A stretch of DNA of 64,000 nucleotides, taken from a bacterium (lineage in GTDB: Bacteria; Synergistota; GBS-1). The notes beneath the pieces were generated by a model. That model made no database searches. It saw only the letters and a program-made list of their open reading frames with translations, and was not told the origin of the DNA. Made by a program: the position numbers and the translations under genes. Below, one piece after another: positions 8,923-17,566 of the stretch. The first letter of the stretch is position 1; every line of letters begins with the position of its first letter. Location: positions 1 to 64,000 of the forward strand of contig JASKLF010000010.1 in assembly GCA_030153785.1 (NCBI GenBank). The letters are read 5' to 3'.

Positions 8923-10395
8923 AGCTTTCTTCTTAAGCTCTCTTACGAAACTAAATATGTAAGGACCGGCAAGAGAAAGCACGATAAATATAAACAAGGC
9001 CAGAGATATAGGACGTGTAAAGAAGGGCAAATAGCTTCCATCCGTTTTTATAAGCCCTACGCGAAGGTTATCTTCTATCATTCTACCCAATATGAGAGCC
9101 AAGACCATGGGGGCAATAGGCATGTTTATCCTCTCCATGGCGTAGCCAAGCAAACCAAAGAACATCATAAGCCCCACATCAAAATAGCTATTCCTTAGAG
9201 CATAAGAGCCTATAATGGAGAATAAAACTACCGCCGCCATAACTACCCCCATCCTAAGGCTAACAAGATATGAAAAAACCCTTATGCCAATCCACCCTGC
9301 CGGTAAAAGCAAAATCTGAACCAAAACCGCCACAGCGAAAAGTTGATAAACAAGCTCTTTTGATTCCGTAAAAATCAGCGGTCCAGGCTTCAAACCGTAC
9401 ATCAGCATAGCTCCAAGAACAATAGCTGTTATAGAGTCACCAGGTAATCCTAAAGATAAAGCAGGTATCCACGAACCCCCTATAGCAGCGTTATTAGCGC
9501 TTGTTGGCGCAATAACACCACGAGGACTTCCCGTTCCTATCTCATCTCGAGCCATGTTTTTCTCTACACCATAGGAAACCCAGGCGGCTATATCTGCTCC
9601 AGAACCGGGCAACGCCCCTATGAAAGTTCCTATCAAAGCGCTTCTAAGAATTATGAATTTGTATTTAAACATCGTCCTTAAAGCCTCCCACACCTTCAAC
9701 CTTGTATCCACTTTAACACTCGGTAATTCCATTTTTTCTCCCAAGGAAAGCTTTTTTAGAACCTCGGAAATTCCAAAAAGACCTATCATCGCCGGGATAA
9801 AACTCACACCATCCATGAGATCCATAATTCCAAAGGTAAAGCGTGGATAACCAGTAGAAACATCTATCCCAATGGTAGAGATTAGGAGACCGAATAAGGC
9901 GGAAAGAAGCCCCTTAACCGTATTACCTCTGCTTAATACGGCCGCCATGCTCAAACCGAAGATGCCCAACCAGAAATACTCAAAGTTAGTAAAGCTTAAA
10001 GCTGCTTTAGCCAACGGAGGAGCTATCATAATAAGAATTAAAACACCAATAATCCCACCAATTGCAGAACAGAAAAGATCCAAAGTTAAAGCTAATTGAG
10101 CTTTACCTTTTTTACACATCTCGAAGCCATCTAAAGTCGCCGCTCCCGAAGCCGGCGTTCCAGGTATACGTAAAAATGTGGCCGGTATATCACCAGCAAA
10201 TATGGCTGTGAAAGAAACCCCTATAACCATCGCAAGACCCGCTATAGGCTTCATATAGTAAGTTAAGGGTATTATCAAAGCCACCGCCATAGTAGCTGTA
10301 AGTCCGGGCATGGCTCCCACGAAAATCCCAAAAGTCATAGCCAAGAAAAGGGGAAAAATAACATCAGGAGAAAGTATCTCAAAGAAATAAGACAT
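8914..10395 (-). CDS. tctA: Tripartite tricarboxylate transporter permease
   Basis: GAMPGL, RIPGTPASGAATLDGF, GALPGSGA, SANNAA, LGLPGD. Confidence 0.92.
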   Translation of the reverse strand: MSYFFEILSPDVIFPLFLAMTFGIFVGAMPGLTATMAVALIIPLTYYMKPIAGLAMVIGVSFTAIFAGDIPATFLRIPGTPASGAATLDGFEMCKKGKAQLALTLDLFCSAIGGIIGVLILIMIAPPLAKAALSFTNFEYFWLGIFGLSMAAVLSRGNTVKGLLSALFGLLISTIGIDVSTGYPRFTFGIMDLMDGVSFIPAMIGLFGISEVLKKLSLGEKMELPSVKVDTRLKVWEALRTMFKYKFIILRSALIGTFIGALPGSGADIAAWVSYGVEKNMARDEIGTGSPRGVIAPTSANNAAIGGSWIPALSLGLPGDSITAIVLGAMLMYGLKPGPLIFTESKELVYQLFAVAVLVQILLLPAGWIGIRVFSYLVSLRMGVVMAAVVLFSIIGSYALRNSYFDVGLMMFFGLLGYAMERINMPIAPMVLALILGRMIEDNLRVGLIKTDGSYLPFFTRPISLALFIFIVLSLAGPYIFSFVRELKKKASD

Positions 10396-10402
10396 ACAGC
10401 AT

Positions 10403-10891
10403 CTACCCCCTAAAAAGAAGTATCAGCTTGCCCTCGGGCAATGGAAGCTTAAACACGCCTCTAAATATCCAATAAATGAAAACAGCCAGGGCAAGCGAAT
10501 AAATAAGAGATTGAATCCACTTAACCCTAAACACTCTCATTAAAAAAACGCTAATCGCGGTCAAACCAGGAACAGCTCCTAAAAGGCTAAGAACAGGTTC
10601 GACTACAAAACCGGTCGATAGAACAGCTATAAATTTAAGAAGCATCTTCTTATCCAGGTTATCTAAAAAACGTATTTTTTCCCTCTTTTTAATCAAACTT
10701 AAACCGGAATTAACAATTAAAAATAGACCAAATCCCAAAATAAAAATGGCAACAAACCGAGGGAAAAAGCTTGGCCCTGGAAGCTCTTTATCACCGGAGA
10801 TAAATTTGGGGAAAGTTCCAGAGTAGTAAAAAACAAATGCTGAAAGAAGAACGCACAAAATCCCAAGCGCCAAATCCCATACTTCCATCAT
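10403..10891 (-). CDS. tctB: Tripartite tricarboxylate transporter small subunit
   Basis: About 4 TM helices, PGPSFFP, FKLPLPEG; lies between tctA and tctC. Confidence 0.85.
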   Translation of the reverse strand: MMEVWDLALGILCVLLSAFVFYYSGTFPKFISGDKELPGPSFFPRFVAIFILGFGLFLIVNSGLSLIKKREKIRFLDNLDKKMLLKFIAVLSTGFVVEPVLSLLGAVPGLTAISVFLMRVFRVKWIQSLIYSLALAVFIYWIFRGVFKLPLPEGKLILLFRG

Positions 10892-10920
10892 AACCGCCCC
10901 CCTCATTAAAAAAGGCACAA

Positions 10921-10950
10921 ATGGGGGTAGGATTTCAACCTACCCCCCAT
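10921..10950 (-). terminator. Stem-loop between tctC and tctB (attenuator or mRNA stabiliser)
   Basis: ATGGGGGTAGG...CCTACCCCCAT-like inverted repeat in the intergenic gap. Confidence 0.55.
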
Positions 10951-10956
10951 GTTACA

Positions 10957-11934
10957 CTATTTCTTCTTGAGATATCCACCAAGCTCAAGAACGGTCTTCC
11001 ACGCCTTATCCTGTTCCTCCACAAACTTTCTAAATTCCTCTCCCCTTCTTATCTTTATACCAAACCCGTTAGTTTCCATAAACTTCTTAAAAGCCTCAGA
11101 ATTGGCTATTTCAACTACAGCGTCCTCAAGCTTCTTCCTTATCTCTTCAGGTGTTCCCTTTGGAACGCCAACCCCTCTCCAAGTTCCAGCACTCCAGTTT
11201 ATACCAAGTTCCTTTAAGGTGGGAACATCAGGGAAAGCCGGGATTCTCTCGTCAGCCATAACGGCAAGCGCACGTGCCTGCCCGCTCTTTATGTAAGGAC
11301 CAGCTTCAGCTAATGAACAGGTAACCACGTGTATATGACCGCCCAAAAGTTCGGTTAGAGCCTGCGCAGCACCGGCAGTAGACGGTATCCATTTCACAGC
11401 ATCAACAGGAATCCCCGCTGCATGAAGCATTCCAATCCTCGCCAAATCCCAAATTCCTCCTGCAGCAACTCCGGAAAAGAGGTATTTGCCCGGGTTAGCC
11501 TTTATATCATCAAGAAGCTCTTTAAGGGTTTTCCAAGGAGCATCAGCTCTAACTGTAACCCCAGCCGGATCTTCATTAACCTGGGCAACATAATCAAAAG
11601 CCTCATAGGTAAGGTCAGTTAATCCCATCCAATGCATCGTAGCTAACTCCAAGGTAACTATCGTAATAGTGTAGCCATCAGGGGGCGCGTAAGCACCAGC
11701 TGCATGGCCAACTGCTCCAGCTCCTCCCGTTTTGTTAACCACTGTAAAGGGTTGTCCAAACTTCTTAGAAAGCTCATCTGCCAAGAACCTTGCGAGCCTA
11801 TCAGTTCCTCCACCGGCACCCCACGGACAAATCACAGTAACAGGTTTTTCAGGATAAGCAGCCCATGCAGAAGCAGAAAGCACGGGGATAAACGCAAAAG
11901 CTACCAAAACCGCTATCCATAAAAGCCTTCTCAT
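10957..11934 (-). CDS. tctC: Tripartite tricarboxylate transporter substrate-binding protein (Bug family)
   Basis: Signal peptide, YPEKPV, PWGAGGGTD, NKTGGAG, PDGYT, PDVPTLKELG. Confidence 0.93.
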   Translation of the reverse strand: MRRLLWIAVLVAFAFIPVLSASAWAAYPEKPVTVICPWGAGGGTDRLARFLADELSKKFGQPFTVVNKTGGAGAVGHAAGAYAPPDGYTITIVTLELATMHWMGLTDLTYEAFDYVAQVNEDPAGVTVRADAPWKTLKELLDDIKANPGKYLFSGVAAGGIWDLARIGMLHAAGIPVDAVKWIPSTAGAAQALTELLGGHIHVVTCSLAEAGPYIKSGQARALAVMADERIPAFPDVPTLKELGINWSAGTWRGVGVPKGTPEEIRKKLEDAVVEIANSEAFKKFMETNGFGIKIRRGEEFRKFVEEQDKAWKTVLELGGYLKKK

Positions 11935-12180
11935 CTTAACCCCTCCTTTTTAGAAAGTTACCACCTTGAAAAAGGTTAAAAGCTCTTCCCTTCTCCCACC
12001 CCCCTTTTTCAAAATATAACTAATAAGAAAATAGCTTCTATGTAAAGAATACCATTATCCATTCAATCCGTCAAGCATGAAATTTTCTTTATATAATCCT
12101 TCTAACCAAAATAGTCCCCTATAAAACTAAAACCTTCTATTTATCACGCATATTTACAAAATTCATAAACCAGATAAACA

Positions 12181-12213
12181 AAAATAAAAGGGCCGAAAGA
12201 TACTTTCGGCCCT
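12181..12213 (-). terminator. Intrinsic terminator after ktrA
   Basis: AGGGCCGAAAG-ATA-CTTTCGGCCCT, followed by a T-run on the minus strand. Confidence 0.75.
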
Positions 12214-12304
12214 AAAAAATAAAATCATACAATACTTTTATCAGAACCTATTGGTAAAATTAGAACACGGTTAGTGCTATAAAAACACCCCTCTTAAGAG
12301 TTTG

Positions 12305-13012
12305 TCAGGAGTTTTCCTCCACAAGTCGATTTACTTCCTCCACGCTTCCAACGAGATAAAGGATATCCTCTTCCGCAACAATATACTGAGGAGATGGCTT
12401 AGTTAATATCTTATCTCCTCTCATAATCGCAAGCAGGGTCACATCATATTTGTCGCGCAAGGCTAAAAATTCCTCCAGCGGTTTACCTAAAAATTTCTTG
12501 GGAGGTTTTATCTCGACTATTTTCAGTCCAGAGGAAACCTCCATAAAATCAATGATGTTGGGAAGAACCAGCTTCTGGGTTAACAGCTCCCCGTATTCGG
12601 CCTCAGGGAAGACCACAAAATCTGCTCCGATCTTTTCAAGAATTTTACGATGATAGGCACTTATAGCTCTCGCTATAACCAACTTCACTCCAAGTTCCTT
12701 CGCAAGAAGAGTTGTAAACACGCTTGCTTCCACATCATCCCCTATCGCCACTATAACTACATCGCTATCCTGAACCCCTGCATCTCTTAAAGCATCAATA
12801 TTTGTCGCATCAAGCACTTTCGCATAAGAGACGTGATCTTTTATCTCCTCTATTTTACGCTCATCTTTATCTATGGCCATTACGCTTTTTTCAAGATTCT
12901 CTAAAGCTATAGCCACAGCCATACCAAACCTGCCAAGCCCTATAACCGTAAAATTATTTAACTTGTTCTTTTCAAAGCCCAAATTCAACAGAATAGTGCT
13001 TAAGGAATTCAT
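12305..13012 (-). CDS. ktrA: Trk/Ktr K+ uptake regulatory subunit (RCK_N + RCK_C)
   Basis: VIGLGRFG Rossmann motif, LEKIGADFVVFPE. Confidence 0.9.
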   Translation of the reverse strand: MNSLSTILLNLGFEKNKLNNFTVIGLGRFGMAVAIALENLEKSVMAIDKDERKIEEIKDHVSYAKVLDATNIDALRDAGVQDSDVVIVAIGDDVEASVFTTLLAKELGVKLVIARAISAYHRKILEKIGADFVVFPEAEYGELLTQKLVLPNIIDFMEVSSGLKIVEIKPPKKFLGKPLEEFLALRDKYDVTLLAIMRGDKILTKPSPQYIVAEEDILYLVGSVEEVNRLVEENS

Positions 13013-13014
13013 AA

Positions 13015-14376
13015 CTATCCAACGCTCACCTCCTCTGTAGGATACTCCACCTGAGATTTTTTAGCAAAAAGAGAAACAAAGACCATACCAGCCGTCATGG
13101 TTCCGATTCTACCCAAGAACATGGTAAACACCAAAATAACCTTTCCAGCATCCGAAAGCTCAGAAGTAATACCTGTGGAAAGTCCCACAGTCCCAAAAGC
13201 AGAAACGACTTCAAAAAGACTCTCTAATGGGTCAAATGGCTCGCAGAGAAGAAAAAGAAACCAGGAAAATAAAACAAGGGATATCGACAGAACGAATATG
13301 ACAAAGGCTCTCTTCACAATCTCCCACGGTATAGCCCTATTACTGAATTGCACATTTTTACCGCCAAGTAAAACAGCATATATGCTCAACCATATAACCA
13401 TAAAAGTCACGGTCTTGATTCCTCCCCCTGTTCCTCCGGGAGATGCCTCTATAAACATCAATACTATTAAAAACAACAAAGTAGCAGGCTTCATTTTGCC
13501 AACATCCAGAGTGCTGAAACCCGCAGTTCTTGGAGTTACAGCCTGAAAATAAGAAGCCAAACATTTTCCTTTAAAATCTAAAGTGCCGAGAGTTTCAGGA
13601 TTACCACGCTCTAACAAAAAAAACATAACTGCCCCTATCAGAATGAAAAAGAGAGATACAATCAAAGCAATCTTAGAATGCAACCCCAAGTGTTTTTTTC
13701 TCCCTGAGAGCCTTTGAGTAATATCGTGGATAACGATAAAGCCTATTCCTCCAATCAATATAAGCATGGTCACCGTAAAAACCACATGAAAGTTGTCCAC
13801 ATACTTCTTTAAACTCTGAAAGTTACCCAAAATGTCGAAACCAGCATTACAAAAGGCAGAGATAGAGTGAAAGATGGCAAACTTTAAGCTCGTTAAAGGT
13901 GGATACTCCTTTACAAAAGCAAAATATAAGGAAATGGCCCCTAAAAGCTCAAGCGCAAAAACCGTAATAAAGACACCTTTCAAAAAGCTGATTATTCCTC
14001 CTATTGAAGTCGTATTCAAGGAATATTGCAAGACCAGTCTCTCTTTAACTTGGATATCCTTATTTAACATCACAATCATTCCTGTGGCGAAAACAGGATA
14101 GCTTAAAGCCCCTATTTGAATAAGGAGAAGTATAACCAGATGGCCAAAATCTGACCAATATGTCCCTGGATCAACAACCACAAGTCCGGTCACGCAAGTA
14201 GCAGATGTAGCAGTGAATAAAGCTATGAGAAAATCGGCAGGATCTCCAGAAGCAGAGGAAATAGGAAGCATTAGCAAAATAGTTCCGCAGAGGATTATAA
14301 CAATAAAGCTTAACGCAAAAAAAGCGGGAGGAGTTAGTCGCCTTTTCTTGGCCGTCTGACCATTTTCCACCACCAT
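13015..14376 (-). CDS. ktrB: Trk/Ktr K+ uptake membrane subunit
   Basis: FTATSATCVTGL, SAFCNAGF, TPRTAGF, SPGGTGGGIKT, SAFGTVGLSTG. Confidence 0.92.
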   Translation of the reverse strand: MVVENGQTAKKRRLTPPAFFALSFIVIILCGTILLMLPISSASGDPADFLIALFTATSATCVTGLVVVDPGTYWSDFGHLVILLLIQIGALSYPVFATGMIVMLNKDIQVKERLVLQYSLNTTSIGGIISFLKGVFITVFALELLGAISLYFAFVKEYPPLTSLKFAIFHSISAFCNAGFDILGNFQSLKKYVDNFHVVFTVTMLILIGGIGFIVIHDITQRLSGRKKHLGLHSKIALIVSLFFILIGAVMFFLLERGNPETLGTLDFKGKCLASYFQAVTPRTAGFSTLDVGKMKPATLLFLIVLMFIEASPGGTGGGIKTVTFMVIWLSIYAVLLGGKNVQFSNRAIPWEIVKRAFVIFVLSISLVLFSWFLFLLCEPFDPLESLFEVVSAFGTVGLSTGITSELSDAGKVILVFTMFLGRIGTMTAGMVFVSLFAKKSQVEYPTEEVSVG

Positions 14377-14426
14377 CAGTTTTTCTCCCCATCAATATAT
14401 AAAGATTCTTACTTCTACAGCTCAAA

Positions 14427-14455
14427 ATTCTACATCCATTATAAAGGAAAGTCAA
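14427..14455 (-). promoter_or_regulatory. Sigma70-type promoter of ktrBA
   Basis: Minus strand TTGACT-N17-TAGAAT. Confidence 0.6.
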
Positions 14456-14510
14456 ACAAAATAAGAGAAACACCTTTCTCTAGCCATTTTCCTCTCCCTT
14501 TCCCCCAAAC

Positions 14511-14534
14511 AAAAAAGGGGGCATAAAGCCCCCT
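14511..14534 (-). terminator. Intrinsic terminator of the pre-crRNA
   Basis: Minus strand AGGGGGC-TTTAT-GCCCCCT-TTTTT, 25 nt past the last repeat; supports minus-strand array orientation. Confidence 0.8.
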
Positions 14535-14559
14535 CCGCTAACAACACACACTCTCGCCT

Positions 14560-16995
14560 GTCGCAATCCCTTTTTCCTCAGGGAGTTTTTCCACAAAAGA
14601 ACAAGAAAGCTCTTTCAGGAAGGAAAGGCAGGTCAGTCGCAATCCCTTTTTCCTCAGGGAGTTTTTCCACTTTTAGTTATTAGGTTGGATAAGGTTAAGG
14701 ATTATGGGAAACATGTCGCAATCCCTTTTTCCTCAGGGAGTTTTTCCACATATATTGAGAAGCATGCGGAGGAGATATCTGAGAAGCCGGAGTCGCAATC
14801 CCTTTTTCCTCAGGGAGTTTTTCCACATAAAACACCAAAAAATACTACCTACGGGGCAGAAATAGGTCGCAATCCCTTTTTCCTCAGGGAGTTTTTCCAC
14901 AAACATTGGAGAGTGTGTAGGGTCAGAATCCCTTCTATGTCGCAATCCCTTTTTCCTCAGGGAGTTTTTCCACGGTAGTAGTTATGTTGAATTAGATTTT
15001 GGTAGGCATGTTAGGTCGCAATCCCTTTTTCCTCAGGGAGTTTTTCCACCAAAATTTTTTAATACATCTTTCTTTCCCACCACACCTATCACAATAGAGT
15101 GTCGCAATCCCTTTTTCCTCAGGGAGTTTTTCCACAAATATATGAATGCAATGAGTTTGCGTATTATCTGCAAATGTTTTGTCGCAATCCCTTTTTCCTC
15201 AGGGAGTTTTTCCACCTAAATATGAAGTAGTTTTTACACAAGGAGAATATGTCGCAATCCCTTTTTCCTCAGGGAGTTTTTCCACAGGCTTCAAAATAGA
15301 TGAAGGTTAGCCCGCCTCCCTCTTACTAGTCGCAATCCCTTTTTCCTCAGGGAGTTTTTCCACTGATGATGGAAAATGCGCGCTGGCTCCTGAGGAGGTT
15401 ACTCCTCAGGAGTCGCAATCCCTTTTTCCTCAGGGAGTTTTTCCACTGAAAAAGAGATTTGTGGTAGTTGAATTGTGGGACTGGAGAAATGTCGCAATCC
15501 CTTTTTCCTCAGGGAGTTTTTCCACCTTAAAGAGGAGGCGGAAGAAGATGTTAGGTAGTATGGTTAGAAAGTCGCAATCCCTTTTTCCTCAGGGAGTTTT
15601 TCCACAGGGAATGGTTAAAAATGGTAAAAGACGATGATTATTCGATGTCGCAATCCCTTTTTCCTCAGGGAGTTTTTCCACCCAAGGTGGAGGAAATTGC
15701 ACATTTCCTCCGCCGATTTTGATTGTCGCAATCCCTTTTTCCTCAGGGAGTTTTTCCACTAAAAGACAAAATAACTGTCAGTCAGTATAAAGGGTCGCAA
15801 TCCCTTTTTCCTCAGGGAGTTTTTCCACCCGACTTTGACTATTGCCCCATTCGTGGCAGCTATCAAAGCTGGTCGCAATCCCTTTTTCCTCAGGGAGTTT
15901 TTCCACACATGGAAGAAGTTGTACATTTCAACAAGTGATTTTGATTTTTGGTCGCAATCCCTTTTTCCTCAGGGAGTTTTTCCACACTATCCTTCTCCTG
16001 AACTAAAAGAGGAGCTGGAAAGATTGGGTCGCAATCCCTTTTTCCTCAGGGAGTTTTTCCACCTTTTCGCCTCCCTTGGCGTCCCGGCGCCCGTCCGGAT
16101 TATAGGTCGCAATCCCTTTTTCCTCAGGGAGTTTTTCCACCGGATGTTGGGCATGGCAAGACGGAGAGTGCGCGGAGGCTCCTGTCGCAATCCCTTTTTC
16201 CTCAGGGAGTTTTTCCACGAGGCAATTAGGTTGGAGCTGAAAGATGATTTTTGCTTTTAGTCGCAATCCCTTTTTCCTCAGGGAGTTTTTCCACTCAGCA
16301 AAAAGAAAGTAAAGAAAAAGAAGATAAAAGGTAAGTCGCAATCCCTTTTTCCTCAGGGAGTTTTTCCACTTTATACATGCAGTGAATTTTGCTACGCTTT
16401 ACAAGTCGCAATCCCTTTTTCCTCAGGGAGTTTTTCCACAAAGGAGGGGGTTGTGATGAAAAGGTTCTTGGTAGTTGAATTTTGGGTCGCAATCCCTTTT
16501 TCCTCAGGGAGTTTTTCCACTCAAAGGGGGGATTAATAATGAAAAAGAGGTTTCTCGTGATTGAAGTCGCAATCCCTTTTTCCTCAGGGAGTTTTTCCAC
16601 GGAATATTCTTTGGAAGTTTACACAACAAACGAGTTTTGCTAGTCGCAATCCCTTTTTCCTCAGGGAGTTTTTCCACGTACGGAACCATGTTGGTTTGGG
16701 ACAGGTATAGTTCCAAACCAAGTCGCAATCCCTTTTTCCTCAGGGAGTTTTTCCACTGGAAGGAGAAGGCAATAAATAAGGGTTTAGGTAGGATAGCGTC
16801 TGGGTCGCAATCCCTTTTTCCTCAGGGAGTTTTTCCACAGGTGATAGGAAAATGAAGGGTATGACGATCTCCTTTAGATGGTCGCAATCCCTTTTTCCTC
16901 AGGGAGTTTTTCCACAATATTGATGATGGGCATATTGTTTATGCATTATATGCCGATTGAGTCGCAATCCCTTTTTCCTCAGGGAGTTTTTCCAC
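14560..16995 (-). CRISPR. CRISPR array, 32 identical 35-nt repeats and 31 spacers of 34-51 nt
   Basis: Transcribed repeat GTGGAAAAACTCCCTGAGGAAAAAGGGATTGCGAC with a TCCCT/AGGGA stem and ATTGCGAC 3' handle; leader on the cas2 side, terminator on the other side. Confidence 0.99.
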
Positions 16996-17281
16996 CCCCA
17001 AGGGGGGTGGAAAAACAAAAACGCTTTAAAAAGGACAAGTTTTTGTTCGCTAATACCGAAAAACTCGAGTGATACCTCTTTCAAATTCTACCGTGAATTG
17101 CTAAACAACTTAGGCATGGAAAAGCGTTGATATTGCTAAACTCCGAATTCCTCAGATGTCTCACGAAATTATTTAATTTTTTCCATGTCAGTATCATCCG
17201 AGGATTGTATAAACAATATTTAATTGTCAAAGTTCATCCTAAAAGGTGCTTTTCGCCTCTTTTATAATGATATCACTAACA
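16996..17281 (-). promoter_or_regulatory. CRISPR leader
   Basis: AT-rich non-coding region between cas2 and the first repeat; possible TTGACA-N15-TACAAT (short spacing) near 17204-17230. Confidence 0.75.
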
Positions 17282-17566
17282 TTAAATTATGTCTATCTCT
17301 CCTTCCTCTAAACTTGGTGTCTTTCCTATGAACTCTATCGTTTCCACACATCTTTTACACAGCAGGTAAAATCTCACAGAATCGGTTTCCATATCTATAA
17401 TGGAAGAAGCCTTCCTCTTTATCTCTATAATAAGCTTTTCATCAACATAGCATTCAAATACGCTTTTCTGGACTCTTACGCCATATCTTTCAAGAAGCTT
17501 TGCCATCATCTCTCTCTTTTTATCGTCACTTATGTCGTAGGATATAACATAATACCTCTTACTCAT
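17282..17566 (-). CDS. cas2: CRISPR-associated Cas2
   Basis: YVISYDISDDKKR, GVRVQKSVFEC, DSVRFYLLC. Confidence 0.97.
   Translation of the reverse strand: MSKRYYVISYDISDDKKREMMAKLLERYGVRVQKSVFECYVDEKLIIEIKRKASSIIDMETDSVRFYLLCKRCVETIEFIGKTPSLEEGEIDII

Noticed and set aside
12305..14376. KtrAB as a cOA-gated membrane effector of the type III system
   Set aside because: Ordinary KtrA/KtrB sequences with no CARF or SAVED domain, with their own promoter and separated from the array by a terminator.
14377..14510. c-di-AMP riboswitch upstream of ktrB
   Set aside because: The predicted leader is only about 45 nt and I saw no riboswitch structure.
14671..15014. Possible fifth spacer group S2 (KDYGKH), S6 (LDFGRHV), S5 (KHWRV)
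   Set aside because: The overlap is too short to distinguish from chance.
14595..16960. Self-targeting spacers
   Set aside because: I noticed no match to this window by eye; a whole-genome BLAST is needed to exclude it.
14685..17084. Many short ORFs on both strands in the ORF track
   Set aside because: They are translations of CRISPR repeats (SQSLFPQGVFP, WKNSLRKKGLR); artefacts.
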